64,000 bases of DNA, from the IMG/VR virus record IMGVR_UViG_3300038499_000016, positions 32,001 to 96,000 of that record; one strand, 5' to 3'. Below the pieces are notes generated by a model, which had not been told where the DNA came from, did no database searches, and was given only the letters and a program-made list of their open reading frames with translations. The translations under genes and the position numbers were made by a program. The stretch is from a virus (lineage: Duplodnaviria; Caudoviricetes). Of the stretch, positions 53,544 through 61,835 are shown piece after piece (the first letter of the stretch is position 1; each line of letters begins with the position of its first letter).

Positions 53544-54006
53544 CGTTCAGATGCATGATCCCACTCAAATGGTATATATTATCATTTGTTGAATCTAGAT
53601 AGACTCTTGGAATGACCACAGAAGAGCCCTCGTGGTTATATGCAATAACCTTCGACTTATACCATGTTCCATCTTGAGCATATGGAGACCAGCTTACCTT
53701 TACCTGCCTAGAAACCCCATCATGCAAAAGCCGTTTAGTTTGCCGTTCTACTGAGTGGGTATAGTGGACCAACACTTTAGAAATCTTATCAGTAGAATCA
53801 AAATAGGTGTCCGGATTCACTGTTTGAATAAGATTCACCAAATTAGGTACATTTACAGTGCTTGTTACGGAAGTATTGTCTCCTGCCTGAGAAATGTTGA
53901 AATAATTGATAGCTAAATTGGTAACTGTGCCTACTGTACCTTGCCAAGCGCCTTTATCTACTTTAATGCTTTGATAAGCACCTTTGTTTAAATGACTATA
54001 TGCCAT
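53530..54006 (-). CDS. Hypothetical protein, paralogue family A
   Basis: YFDS..K...H...RQ.KR...WS.Y..DGTW.K domain shared with 55160-55813 and 59448-59840. Confidence 0.75.
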   Translation of the reverse strand: MAYSHLNKGAYQSIKVDKGAWQGTVGTVTNLAINYFNISQAGDNTSVTSTVNVPNLVNLIQTVNPDTYFDSTDKISKVLVHYTHSVERQTKRLLHDGVSRQVKVSWSPYAQDGTWYKSKVIAYNHEGSSVVIPRVYLDSTNDNIYHLSGIMHLNVIIC

Positions 54007-55035
54007 TTACACTCCTAGACTTATTGATAATCCGGCATCTAATGCCGGTGAGCCAACGGTAAGTGAGAACACTCCAATAGCTGGAGTAGTAAATAAAGGA
54101 TCTCCTGTACTAACCTCATAGTCCTGGAAAATTGTTGTAGTGTCTTCGTTTACCCACATATCTACGTTACGAGCATCATCTCCATGATTTTTCCAGAAAA
54201 AGTTGCTGTCTCTCTGAGTAGTAGAAGAAATCCCACTAACAGTACACGAATCAACGGCATTATTTACTATACAACTTCTATAGGCTGTGCCCATAAATAA
54301 TGCCTTTTTACAATTATAAAAAGTATTATTTAAAAAAATGTGATCATTTCCACTTACCTTAATTCCAATTAATATGTTATTTAATATATTAAATTCAATC
54401 ATACTACCAGCTCCACCTGCAAAGATTCCCTGTCTGTCACCATCATCAATCCCATTATATAAATCATGAAAATAACAAAATAATACTTTCGTAGCACTAC
54501 CAGTAGTTATACCACTACCAGTTCCGGTTATTTCGCAATTAATAATCATACTTTGAGTACCAAACTCCGCAGCGTAATAGGTATTAGTTCCATCTGAATT
54601 AATTTTACAATTCTCAGCAATACAATAACCTCCAGTTACAACGCCGTTAGTAGATAACTTTGCTACTCTAAATGATATATTTCTAATAACATAATAATTA
54701 CCAAAAGTAATAGCATTAGTGTCACAATCAAAATAAGGTCTATTAGCTGACAGTCTAGCCCAATCAGAATATGCTACTGCTGCTCCTTCATTAGTACATG
54801 TACTTTTTACGCCTATTAGGGCTATTGGTGCTGATAAAGTCCCAGCTCTTGCTGATGAACTAAACTCACTATCGAGTGTATAAGTTCCTTCTTTAATAAA
54901 TATCACGTCACCAGCTACTACTGTACCTTCCATAAAAGTTTCAAACTCTGGTTCACCAAAAGCAGTGGCCCAAGTGGTACCATCTTTTGCACCAGCACCA
55001 CTAGGTGTTACGTGATAATAAGCATGAATAGCCAT
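54007..55035 (-). CDS. Right-handed beta-helix (pectin-lyase-like) protein
   Basis: GAGAKDGTTWATA, AGDVIFIKEGTY, NC.I/NNTF repeats, DPLF...SPALDAG. Confidence 0.75.
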   Translation of the reverse strand: MAIHAYYHVTPSGAGAKDGTTWATAFGEPEFETFMEGTVVAGDVIFIKEGTYTLDSEFSSSARAGTLSAPIALIGVKSTCTNEGAAVAYSDWARLSANRPYFDCDTNAITFGNYYVIRNISFRVAKLSTNGVVTGGYCIAENCKINSDGTNTYYAAEFGTQSMIINCEITGTGSGITTGSATKVLFCYFHDLYNGIDDGDRQGIFAGGAGSMIEFNILNNILIGIKVSGNDHIFLNNTFYNCKKALFMGTAYRSCIVNNAVDSCTVSGISSTTQRDSNFFWKNHGDDARNVDMWVNEDTTTIFQDYEVSTGDPLFTTPAIGVFSLTVGSPALDAGLSISLGV

Positions 55036-55065
55036 AATTAAATCTGCTACTTTCTATGTGAGCCC

Positions 55066-55163
55066 TTGAATATACTCAGACTGGGTCAGCAGTCTGCTGA
55101 GTACTGTGCCTATGCCGCTTGCGGCAGTGGCGTGGCCATGACTTTAGTCATGGGAGCTGTCAC
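55066..55163 (+). mobile_element. Possible non-autonomous IS200/IS605-type remnant
   Basis: Three hairpins, ending CCATGACTTTAGTCATGG-GAGCTG-TCAC, like IS605/TnpB right ends; no transposase nearby. Confidence 0.4.
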
Positions 55164-55813
55164 GACACCAAATTCATTACCCCATTCAAATGATATATAT
55201 CAGCATTAGTTGTGTCTATGTACTCTCTTGAAAGAGTCACAGAAGATCCTTCGTGGTTATATGCAATTATCTTCGATTTATACCACGTTCCGTCTTGGGC
55301 GTATGGCGACCAACTTACAGAAGCTTGTTTCGACACATCCCCTTCATGAATAATTCGCTTTCCCTGTCGGCCCCCTGAATGGTAGTAATAGACCCATATC
55401 TTAGAAAATTTATCAATAGAATCAAAATAGGCATCCGGATTAATGCCTTGAATAACGCCCATCAAGTCAGAAACATTTACAGTACTGGTTACTGACGTTT
55501 GATCTCCTACCTGTGGCACATTGAAATAACTAAGTCCATCATAAATTGTCTCAAAAACATCCCCTTCAGCATAGTATTCAATAGCCGTATGACCGACGAC
55601 TTTAAATTTTACTTCTGCAGTTGGGGTTCCAGATACCGTCCAATTGTAATAATTCCAATCGTCTGGAGGTACTATGATTGAATTCGCAACTGTTGCTAGG
55701 GGCAACACATCGTAATGGACACCACCGTCCCAAGACACATAAATATCGACTTGCGTATCCTCTATATCCCGCCACCGAAAGGGATATTGCTGGTCGATCT
55801 TGTAGGTGGCCAT
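55160..55813 (-). CDS. Hypothetical protein: Ig-like N-terminus + paralogue family A domain
   Basis: VDIYVSWDGG...Y.W.V; C-terminal domain closely matches 53530-54006. Confidence 0.75.
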   Translation of the reverse strand: MATYKIDQQYPFRWRDIEDTQVDIYVSWDGGVHYDVLPLATVANSIIVPPDDWNYYNWTVSGTPTAEVKFKVVGHTAIEYYAEGDVFETIYDGLSYFNVPQVGDQTSVTSTVNVSDLMGVIQGINPDAYFDSIDKFSKIWVYYYHSGGRQGKRIIHEGDVSKQASVSWSPYAQDGTWYKSKIIAYNHEGSSVTLSREYIDTTNADIYHLNGVMNLVS

Positions 55814-55814
55814 A

Positions 55815-58800
55815 TTAATGGGCCTCCGGACGAAATATTTTCAAACCATAGGCAACTGTGTCGGATACCCCTGCTGCTGTTGTAACTATCAAATCATAAT
55901 ACCCTCTGGATATAATTGGTATAGGAATTGCAACTGATGTGTTCGTCCAAGTTATTGCAGTACCTAAAGATGTGCTATTGCACTTAATCGTTCCGATCCC
56001 TTGTGAGGCACCAAAACCTGTCCCCGTAATGTTAAGGGTATCTCCAGGTTTGAGCCAATCCTTACGCAAATTTGTTACCAGCCGGCCTGACCTATCTACC
56101 CATCCAACGGCACGTTTAGTCCCTATAGGAAGAACTGGAAGTCTCGCATGAGTTAGTACTGGATAGGTTACATCCGGCAGCCTACCTATCATGTATCTCG
56201 TATTCAAGGAAGCTTCTGTTCTCGATGTGAGTAGTTTAAGCTGCATTACATCAGTACGTGCTGATGTAATCGTCGCCGATGTTCCTGCAGAGTCTAAAGA
56301 GAAACCACTGACATTTGTTACTGACGGATAAAGTGGAGAATTAAACTGCAATACTAACGTATCCCCACTCGTTGTTACGGCGGTTAAATGCGGATAGGGT
56401 GACCTTATTCCATTGCGATAACGAACATAGGCCGCCGCAAGTCTAGGTCCCAAGCTATCCTGACCTTTATAACTTAGATGAAATTGTGATTGCACTGCTA
56501 AATCATATGTGGGTGCGGCAAATATTGCTTCATTTGTACCTCTATCCAACCCATATTGCATGTTACGAAGGTGTGTGTAATTCGTGTCATACGGAATATT
56601 TGCCGTCTGACTATCGATAGATACCTGCACAATAAGAGTTGGCATAGAATCCAAGCCAAGATCCAGCTTCATTCGTGCCTGAAGTGTATCAAATCTCGTT
56701 GGATAGACGAGAATTGAGTCCTTTATATACTGACATTCTGTTTCACCCTGATACCACTCAAAGAAAACAGGCTTTCGACCTTGCAAACCATTTTCAATAA
56801 ACGATATCTCTTTACCATACATGAAGGTACTGTCCCATGGATTATCCGGATTTCTCATTCCCCAGGAGATTGCTTTGTGCCAATAATATCCCACGAGATT
56901 TGATGTTATTCTGGCAGCATTTATAAGAGCTACCGGTTTTCGAAGATAACGAACTAATGATGTTGAAAGACTAGGACCCATAGACGCATTACTACCCACC
57001 ATTGGGTCTGTGCAGCGCATCCACGTGCCTTCTAAATTCTGTATACTTGTTCGTCGATAGCCGAGGGCAGAGTCCGTCTTGGCAGTGTCTCTAGAAGCAT
57101 GTAGTACAGCAGCACCTTGAGCGTTACTTTGGCCTAGAAGAACACCAATTATAGTGCTATCCGTTAGTGAATTAGTCGCGTAGGTGATTTGTACGGAGTC
57201 CACACCGGTTCCATGATCATAGATAATCCATACTGTGCCAACAGCATGAGCCGGCGCGGTGAACGATACCCAAGCATCGTGCTGAGCTGTTAGTGCAGCT
57301 GGAACTCCATCAACCGTTACAGATCCACCGGAACTCCGAAGATGTGCACCTTGAATTATCACCCTACCACCTGTTGGTGGGAGTGACGCCGGAATGGTGT
57401 AATTAACCAACGGTCTATCAAACGCCCAATTAACGGTGCCACCGCCATCAACACATCCTGTTGTGCAGAGGCCTGGATAGCCTTGAGCTTCTTGGTCTCG
57501 AATATATCTGAAACTGTCACACTGAGGGACTGTTGTGGCAATCATTGCCAATTGACCTGGATTTGTGGAGATGGTAGAGTCTAAGGCACCCGATATACCT
57601 GAAAAATCGCCAGGAACATAACCCACAATTTGCAAACTGGTCCCACTTTGGAAGGCAAGTTTCTTACCGCCTGCACCACTGGAGAGAAGAACACGCTTCA
57701 CCCGGTCGTTGGCAGAATCCTTAAGAAATGATCCGCCATTTACAAAATTGAATTTAAGCGAGTCTAACAATCGCTGTGCATTGGTGTTGGTTATCCGTAC
57801 CGTTGCAACATTTGCGAGACGAATCCATTTTGCATTCGCACGGTTTCCAAACAATGTATCAGTTCCAGAAAGAAGAAGGTTTCCAGTGAGGTTGAACCCA
57901 GCCGTGAGCGGCTTCAATTTACCAGATAGCACGGAAACATTGTGATATGAACCGGCAGAGTCTACAACGCTATCTGTCAGGCCTACCCCAGGATTGAAAA
58001 AGAAGTCATACAAATCTTTACTATTCGTCAATAATATGCCAGCACTATCCATAGTCCACGAACTCGTTCCGGGAATATAGGCATGGCTGGTGCCCATTGA
58101 AAAGGAACCAGAGCAATAGCCCACAAGAGTCTGAAAGCTGTCGATATTTGCACCAGAGTTTCTGGTCGTACCGTCAAAAGCATTTATAGAGTATGTGCCC
58201 GAACCATATGACCCGACTACAGCTGCAGATGCGTGGGTAGATCCCAATTGAAGAATGTTGCATGTCACATTTGAACTTGCATTGATCCATCGCAAGGTCA
58301 CTCCAGAAGTATTTGTTTGGAAACTAAATACCCTCGTTGCTGCATTTGCTACAGTCAAATTCCCAGTCTGGTTGATCGTGGTGGACCCATAGGCAATTAA
58401 GCTAGTGCTGTTTGGACCTAAGTTGGCGGTAGGCATCGTGTATGGAGTTGTCCCTACAAGCACGCTAATGCCGCCCGCGCCGATGATGCTTGCGCCAGAA
58501 GCCTGGTACCATAGGTAACTACCGGCACCTGGAAGGTATAACGTAAGTCCTGCTGCGTTCGTCAGTACCGCGTTGCTTTCTAGCTTAATTGACGTATCGG
58601 ATGCAGCACAGGTAATGGAAAACGCAGAAGCACCAGAATTCGTCACCAATGCACTTGAGCCTAAATTCAATCGTCCATAGTACATGGCACCCAAATCCTG
58701 ATCTAACACACACCCGGCCGTTCCATTGAACGTTAACACCGTTGCACTTGCTGAATACCCCGCAGCACACCCACTTCCTACGTGATATGTGGACGTTGCA

Positions 58801-59153
58801 CCATTCATGGTAACAACAGTACCAAGATAGTGCGTTCCTGTTATGCCATCGTCAATAAAATCGTTCGATAGCTGAAAGCCCCTCGTGCCATTCCACGACC
58901 ACGTACGAGTGTACGCACTGGTTATGCGAATTGACGCAAATGGATTTGTCAAACCTTGCGTTGCAGTATTTGGTGTTTTGCTGCCGCCTGTCACATCGAA
59001 AATGCATGTGTCAGTTGCACCAGGAGCCACACCTCCAGACCAGTTCAGAACATTAGACCACCACGTATTAACAGTACTATCCGCAGCAGTAAATGTGATA
59101 GCGGCAGCGTTGGCAATCCCAACCAACGCCAATATCGCAATTAAAATTCTCAT
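55815..59153 (-). CDS. Large exported protein: signal peptide, beta-rich repeats, IPT/TIG domains and an SGNH (sialate O-acetylesterase-like) domain
   Basis: MRILIAILALVGIANA signal peptide; LLGQSNA, WYQGE, distal His (QFHL); GG.VII.G..L / GDTLNITGTGFG TIG patterns. Confidence 0.78.
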   Translation of the reverse strand: MRILIAILALVGIANAAAITFTAADSTVNTWWSNVLNWSGGVAPGATDTCIFDVTGGSKTPNTATQGLTNPFASIRITSAYTRTWSWNGTRGFQLSNDFIDDGITGTHYLGTVVTMNGATSTYHVGSGCAAGYSASATVLTFNGTAGCVLDQDLGAMYYGRLNLGSSALVTNSGASAFSITCAASDTSIKLESNAVLTNAAGLTLYLPGAGSYLWYQASGASIIGAGGISVLVGTTPYTMPTANLGPNSTSLIAYGSTTINQTGNLTVANAATRVFSFQTNTSGVTLRWINASSNVTCNILQLGSTHASAAVVGSYGSGTYSINAFDGTTRNSGANIDSFQTLVGYCSGSFSMGTSHAYIPGTSSWTMDSAGILLTNSKDLYDFFFNPGVGLTDSVVDSAGSYHNVSVLSGKLKPLTAGFNLTGNLLLSGTDTLFGNRANAKWIRLANVATVRITNTNAQRLLDSLKFNFVNGGSFLKDSANDRVKRVLLSSGAGGKKLAFQSGTSLQIVGYVPGDFSGISGALDSTISTNPGQLAMIATTVPQCDSFRYIRDQEAQGYPGLCTTGCVDGGGTVNWAFDRPLVNYTIPASLPPTGGRVIIQGAHLRSSGGSVTVDGVPAALTAQHDAWVSFTAPAHAVGTVWIIYDHGTGVDSVQITYATNSLTDSTIIGVLLGQSNAQGAAVLHASRDTAKTDSALGYRRTSIQNLEGTWMRCTDPMVGSNASMGPSLSTSLVRYLRKPVALINAARITSNLVGYYWHKAISWGMRNPDNPWDSTFMYGKEISFIENGLQGRKPVFFEWYQGETECQYIKDSILVYPTRFDTLQARMKLDLGLDSMPTLIVQVSIDSQTANIPYDTNYTHLRNMQYGLDRGTNEAIFAAPTYDLAVQSQFHLSYKGQDSLGPRLAAAYVRYRNGIRSPYPHLTAVTTSGDTLVLQFNSPLYPSVTNVSGFSLDSAGTSATITSARTDVMQLKLLTSRTEASLNTRYMIGRLPDVTYPVLTHARLPVLPIGTKRAVGWVDRSGRLVTNLRKDWLKPGDTLNITGTGFGASQGIGTIKCNSTSLGTAITWTNTSVAIPIPIISRGYYDLIVTTAAGVSDTVAYGLKIFRPEAH

Positions 59154-59428
59154 TGCTTCTCCAGCACCGGCGGATCTTTGACTTCTGTAGTTTTTTCCGC
59201 AAACGTGCTTTGTGTCACCTTACCTGTTAGACCTGCACCAACAAGACTAAATACTAAGACACACACATTCCATGGAATTTCTTGAAGTTTACCCTGTTTT
59301 ACACTGGAATAACCCCAAGCTGTAAGAATAACAAGTACGGGGAATACACAAAGAAATACCGCAATCACTCGAATGCTGGACCAATTAACACCATCATCCG
59401 ATATGAACATTGAAAATAGACTCTTCAT
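59150..59428 (-). CDS. Holin-like two-TM protein
   Basis: SSIRV then two hydrophobic helices and a charged C-terminal tail. Confidence 0.5.
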   Translation of the reverse strand: MKSLFSMFISDDGVNWSSIRVIAVFLCVFPVLVILTAWGYSSVKQGKLQEIPWNVCVLVFSLVGAGLTGKVTQSTFAEKTTEVKDPPVLEKQ

Positions 59429-59447
59429 ATTTTTCCCCCTCTTAATC

Positions 59448-59840
59448 CTAATTATTTATTAAAGTCATGGTCCCATCACTATGGGTCAAATCCCCGGAAG
59501 ACCCTATTGTAGATCTAGGTATACTGAGAATTGCATTTTCCCAATCATATACCTTTATTTCATTTTTCTGCCATGTCCCATCATGCGTGTAAGAAGACCA
59601 AGACATACTTGAAGAAAAATCAGGACCTAAAAGAACAATCCTTTTAGTCTGACGTCCATCCTGATGATCAAAATGTGTATCTACTCTAGCCAACTTACTT
59701 GTTGAATCAAAGTAAGGATCATAATTGGTAAGCCCTATAAGCGTATCAAGATTATAAGACATGACAACATTCTGGCCATCAACTACACTAGCACTTGAAA
59801 AAACAGTTCCAGTAGCCATATTTCTTTCTCCTATACTCAA
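59448..59840 (-). CDS. Hypothetical protein, paralogue family A
   Basis: DPYFDSTSKL...H.DGRQTKR...WSSYTHDGTWQK. Confidence 0.72.
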   Translation of the reverse strand: MSIGERNMATGTVFSSASVVDGQNVVMSYNLDTLIGLTNYDPYFDSTSKLARVDTHFDHQDGRQTKRIVLLGPDFSSSMSWSSYTHDGTWQKNEIKVYDWENAILSIPRSTIGSSGDLTHSDGTMTLINN

Positions 59841-60091
59841 TCCTTAAGAGCTTTGCGTTTCCGTCTCCGCCACTTTTTGACCTTATCAGGCATCTTTTGA
59901 TAATCTTTACCCTTTTCCTCGCGGTATTCGTGCATGTATTCTTTCATGTAGTCTGACCGCTGACTCTTATTCTTTATGGAAGGCCTTCTTCGAGGGGGCT
60001 TAATTTTAGGCTGCTCTCGAAACTTTATGGTTACTTCTCCTTCAGGCAGAAGAGCCACAATATTCCGTATACGATCATGAAGAGTGTCCAT
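59837..60091 (-). CDS. Small basic hypothetical protein
   Basis: GAGGA RBS before MDTLHDRIR; YMKEYMHEYR repeat; ATGA overlap downstream. Confidence 0.6.
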   Translation of the reverse strand: MDTLHDRIRNIVALLPEGEVTIKFREQPKIKPPRRRPSIKNKSQRSDYMKEYMHEYREEKGKDYQKMPDKVKKWRRRKRKALKD

Positions 60092-60099
60092 ATGTGTCC

Positions 60100-60747
60100 T
60101 CAAGCAACTATGAATATCCTTTTTCGTCTTCTTCGTGTAGGCTGTCGTGTCCCCAGTACATTTACGGTATCTGAGGGATTGCTTAGGGTCCCGATCAGGT
60201 CCCCAATATCCACGCCTAAGCTGGGAACAATTTCTCCGGAGTTCCAGTCTCCTACATCTCCTATATCCACGCCTAAGCTGGGAACAATTTCTCCGGAGTT
60301 CCAATCTCCTACATCTCCAATATCAACGCCTAAGCTGGGAACAATTTCTCCGGAGTTCCAATCTCCTACATCTCCTACATCACACCCTAAAGTATCACCA
60401 GTAAGAGTGATGCTTTGATTTGCCGCTGTCGAGACTGAACCCCAGATGTCCTTAATTGTGAGCCCAGAACTATTTATCCCTCCGTATATATAATCATGTG
60501 AAGTAGTCGTTGTGTCGGCTATCTGAGAAAAAGTTCCATCCCCGTATGTCCAATAATAATCGTAAGTATGACTGGGATAACCAAAAATATTGACTTCATA
60601 GTTAATTATCGAGTGTTCTCCGCTATCATCCCACTGTTCATGCTGTAATTGATAGTACCCCGGTTGAGAATAAATATGAGATGGATTCTGAAGACTGCTG
60701 GTTGTTCCATCTCCAAAATCCCATGCCCATGCAGTGACTGTTGCCAT
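60100..60747 (-). CDS. PKD-domain protein with 19-aa tandem repeats
   Basis: WAWDFGDG...QNPSHIY..PG; WTYGDG; (DVGDWNSGEIVPSLGVDIG)x3. Confidence 0.75.
   Translation of the reverse strand: MATVTAWAWDFGDGTTSSLQNPSHIYSQPGYYQLQHEQWDDSGEHSIINYEVNIFGYPSHTYDYYWTYGDGTFSQIADTTTTSHDYIYGGINSSGLTIKDIWGSVSTAANQSITLTGDTLGCDVGDVGDWNSGEIVPSLGVDIGDVGDWNSGEIVPSLGVDIGDVGDWNSGEIVPSLGVDIGDLIGTLSNPSDTVNVLGTRQPTRRRRKRIFIVA
60206..60376 (-). repeat. 57-bp tandem repeat, 3 copies, in frame
   Basis: Units start at 60206, 60263 and 60320 on the + strand. Confidence 0.95.
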
Positions 60748-60748
60748 G

Positions 60749-61834
60749 TCATACTGCCGTGAAGTTAATGGTTAAGGGGGCATGGCCAGTCAAAGCACTC
60801 ACGCTGAACTGGGCCTGAAGATCAAGCTTCAGAGCTCTGACATTATCATTTGAGCACATGTAGAGATAGGGTGTTCGATAATACAACTGACGTGGGCAGT
60901 AGTATTGAACATTAGAATCAAGGTACACAAAACGAGATGTTAGGGTCAGGTCATAGACTCCAATACCATAATTACGTAAAGCAAAAAACAGGTACTGCCC
61001 ATCGGTAGTAATGCTGTAAACTTCATTATATTGAACATAATTTGGCAGAGTGATAGTAGTTATAAGGGTAAACGATGATCCATCATATGAAAGCTTATGA
61101 ATTTTTCCCTGACCGGATTCCTGACTTGTAGCTAGATAATAGTAGGTACCATCATAACCAAGGCCACAGGGCGTTGCAGTAAAAGTAGATAGAGATCCAC
61201 AAAGAACCCACCCACCTCCTGATGTAAACGTATATGCTCTAATCTCATAAGTCGTACTCATAGAAGTGCCAAACACCAATCCGCCGCCAGTTCTTGGCAT
61301 TATTGCAGTTCTATAATCTCTTCCACTATCAGAATTAGAATTAACTTGCGTAAAACCGGTACCAGAAGAAAAAGTGTACACGTATCTATAATCACTTGTA
61401 CAAAAAACATAAATATAACCATCTGTGTCATAATACAAATCTCTTGGAGTAGCCCCTGTGGCATAAATAGCTAACGTGTACCAATAAGTACCGGTAAAAA
61501 CACCTCCAGATATTGCAAAAGCCCACAAAGTTACACTTGCAATATATCCGCCGGTGTACTCCCCCGTCACAACAAAAATCCATCCTGGGGGTCCCATCAC
61601 AAGTGATATAGGCCAATCTGGATTGGTTACAGTAGGTATATCAATCTGGCTGGTTTTAGTGAATGTGGACCCATTAAAAGTGCCCGCATACAAACACTTT
61701 CTTCCTCCCAAGGTCTGTTCTCCATCATCTCCAACGTATAGATAAGTCCCATCAGAAGCAATACACGTTTTTCGCGTACCACTTCCTGTATAACCAAAAT
61801 TAGTACTACCCTTTGAATTGAACAAATACGACAT
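60749..61834 (-). CDS. Beta-propeller-like probable virion protein ending in the first strands of a PKD domain
   Basis: Repeated DGTYLYV/DGYIYV/DGTYYYL/DGQYLFF blades; ends AQFSVSALTGHAPLTINFTAV. Confidence 0.7.
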   Translation of the reverse strand: MSYLFNSKGSTNFGYTGSGTRKTCIASDGTYLYVGDDGEQTLGGRKCLYAGTFNGSTFTKTSQIDIPTVTNPDWPISLVMGPPGWIFVVTGEYTGGYIASVTLWAFAISGGVFTGTYWYTLAIYATGATPRDLYYDTDGYIYVFCTSDYRYVYTFSSGTGFTQVNSNSDSGRDYRTAIMPRTGGGLVFGTSMSTTYEIRAYTFTSGGGWVLCGSLSTFTATPCGLGYDGTYYYLATSQESGQGKIHKLSYDGSSFTLITTITLPNYVQYNEVYSITTDGQYLFFALRNYGIGVYDLTLTSRFVYLDSNVQYYCPRQLYYRTPYLYMCSNDNVRALKLDLQAQFSVSALTGHAPLTINFTAV

Positions 61835-61835
61835 A

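Noticed and set aside
53530-55813. Diversity-generating retroelement TR/VR pair
   Set aside because: Differences between the paralogues are mostly synonymous and not adenine-specific; no reverse transcriptase in the window
60092-60304. N-terminal extension of ORF 59837-60304 and the + strand ORFs over the repeat
   Set aside because: These are alternative-frame readings of the 57-bp repeat; an RBS supports the start at 60091
60206-60376. CRISPR array
   Set aside because: Contiguous 57-bp repeats with no unique spacers, in frame within a CDS; no cas genes in the window
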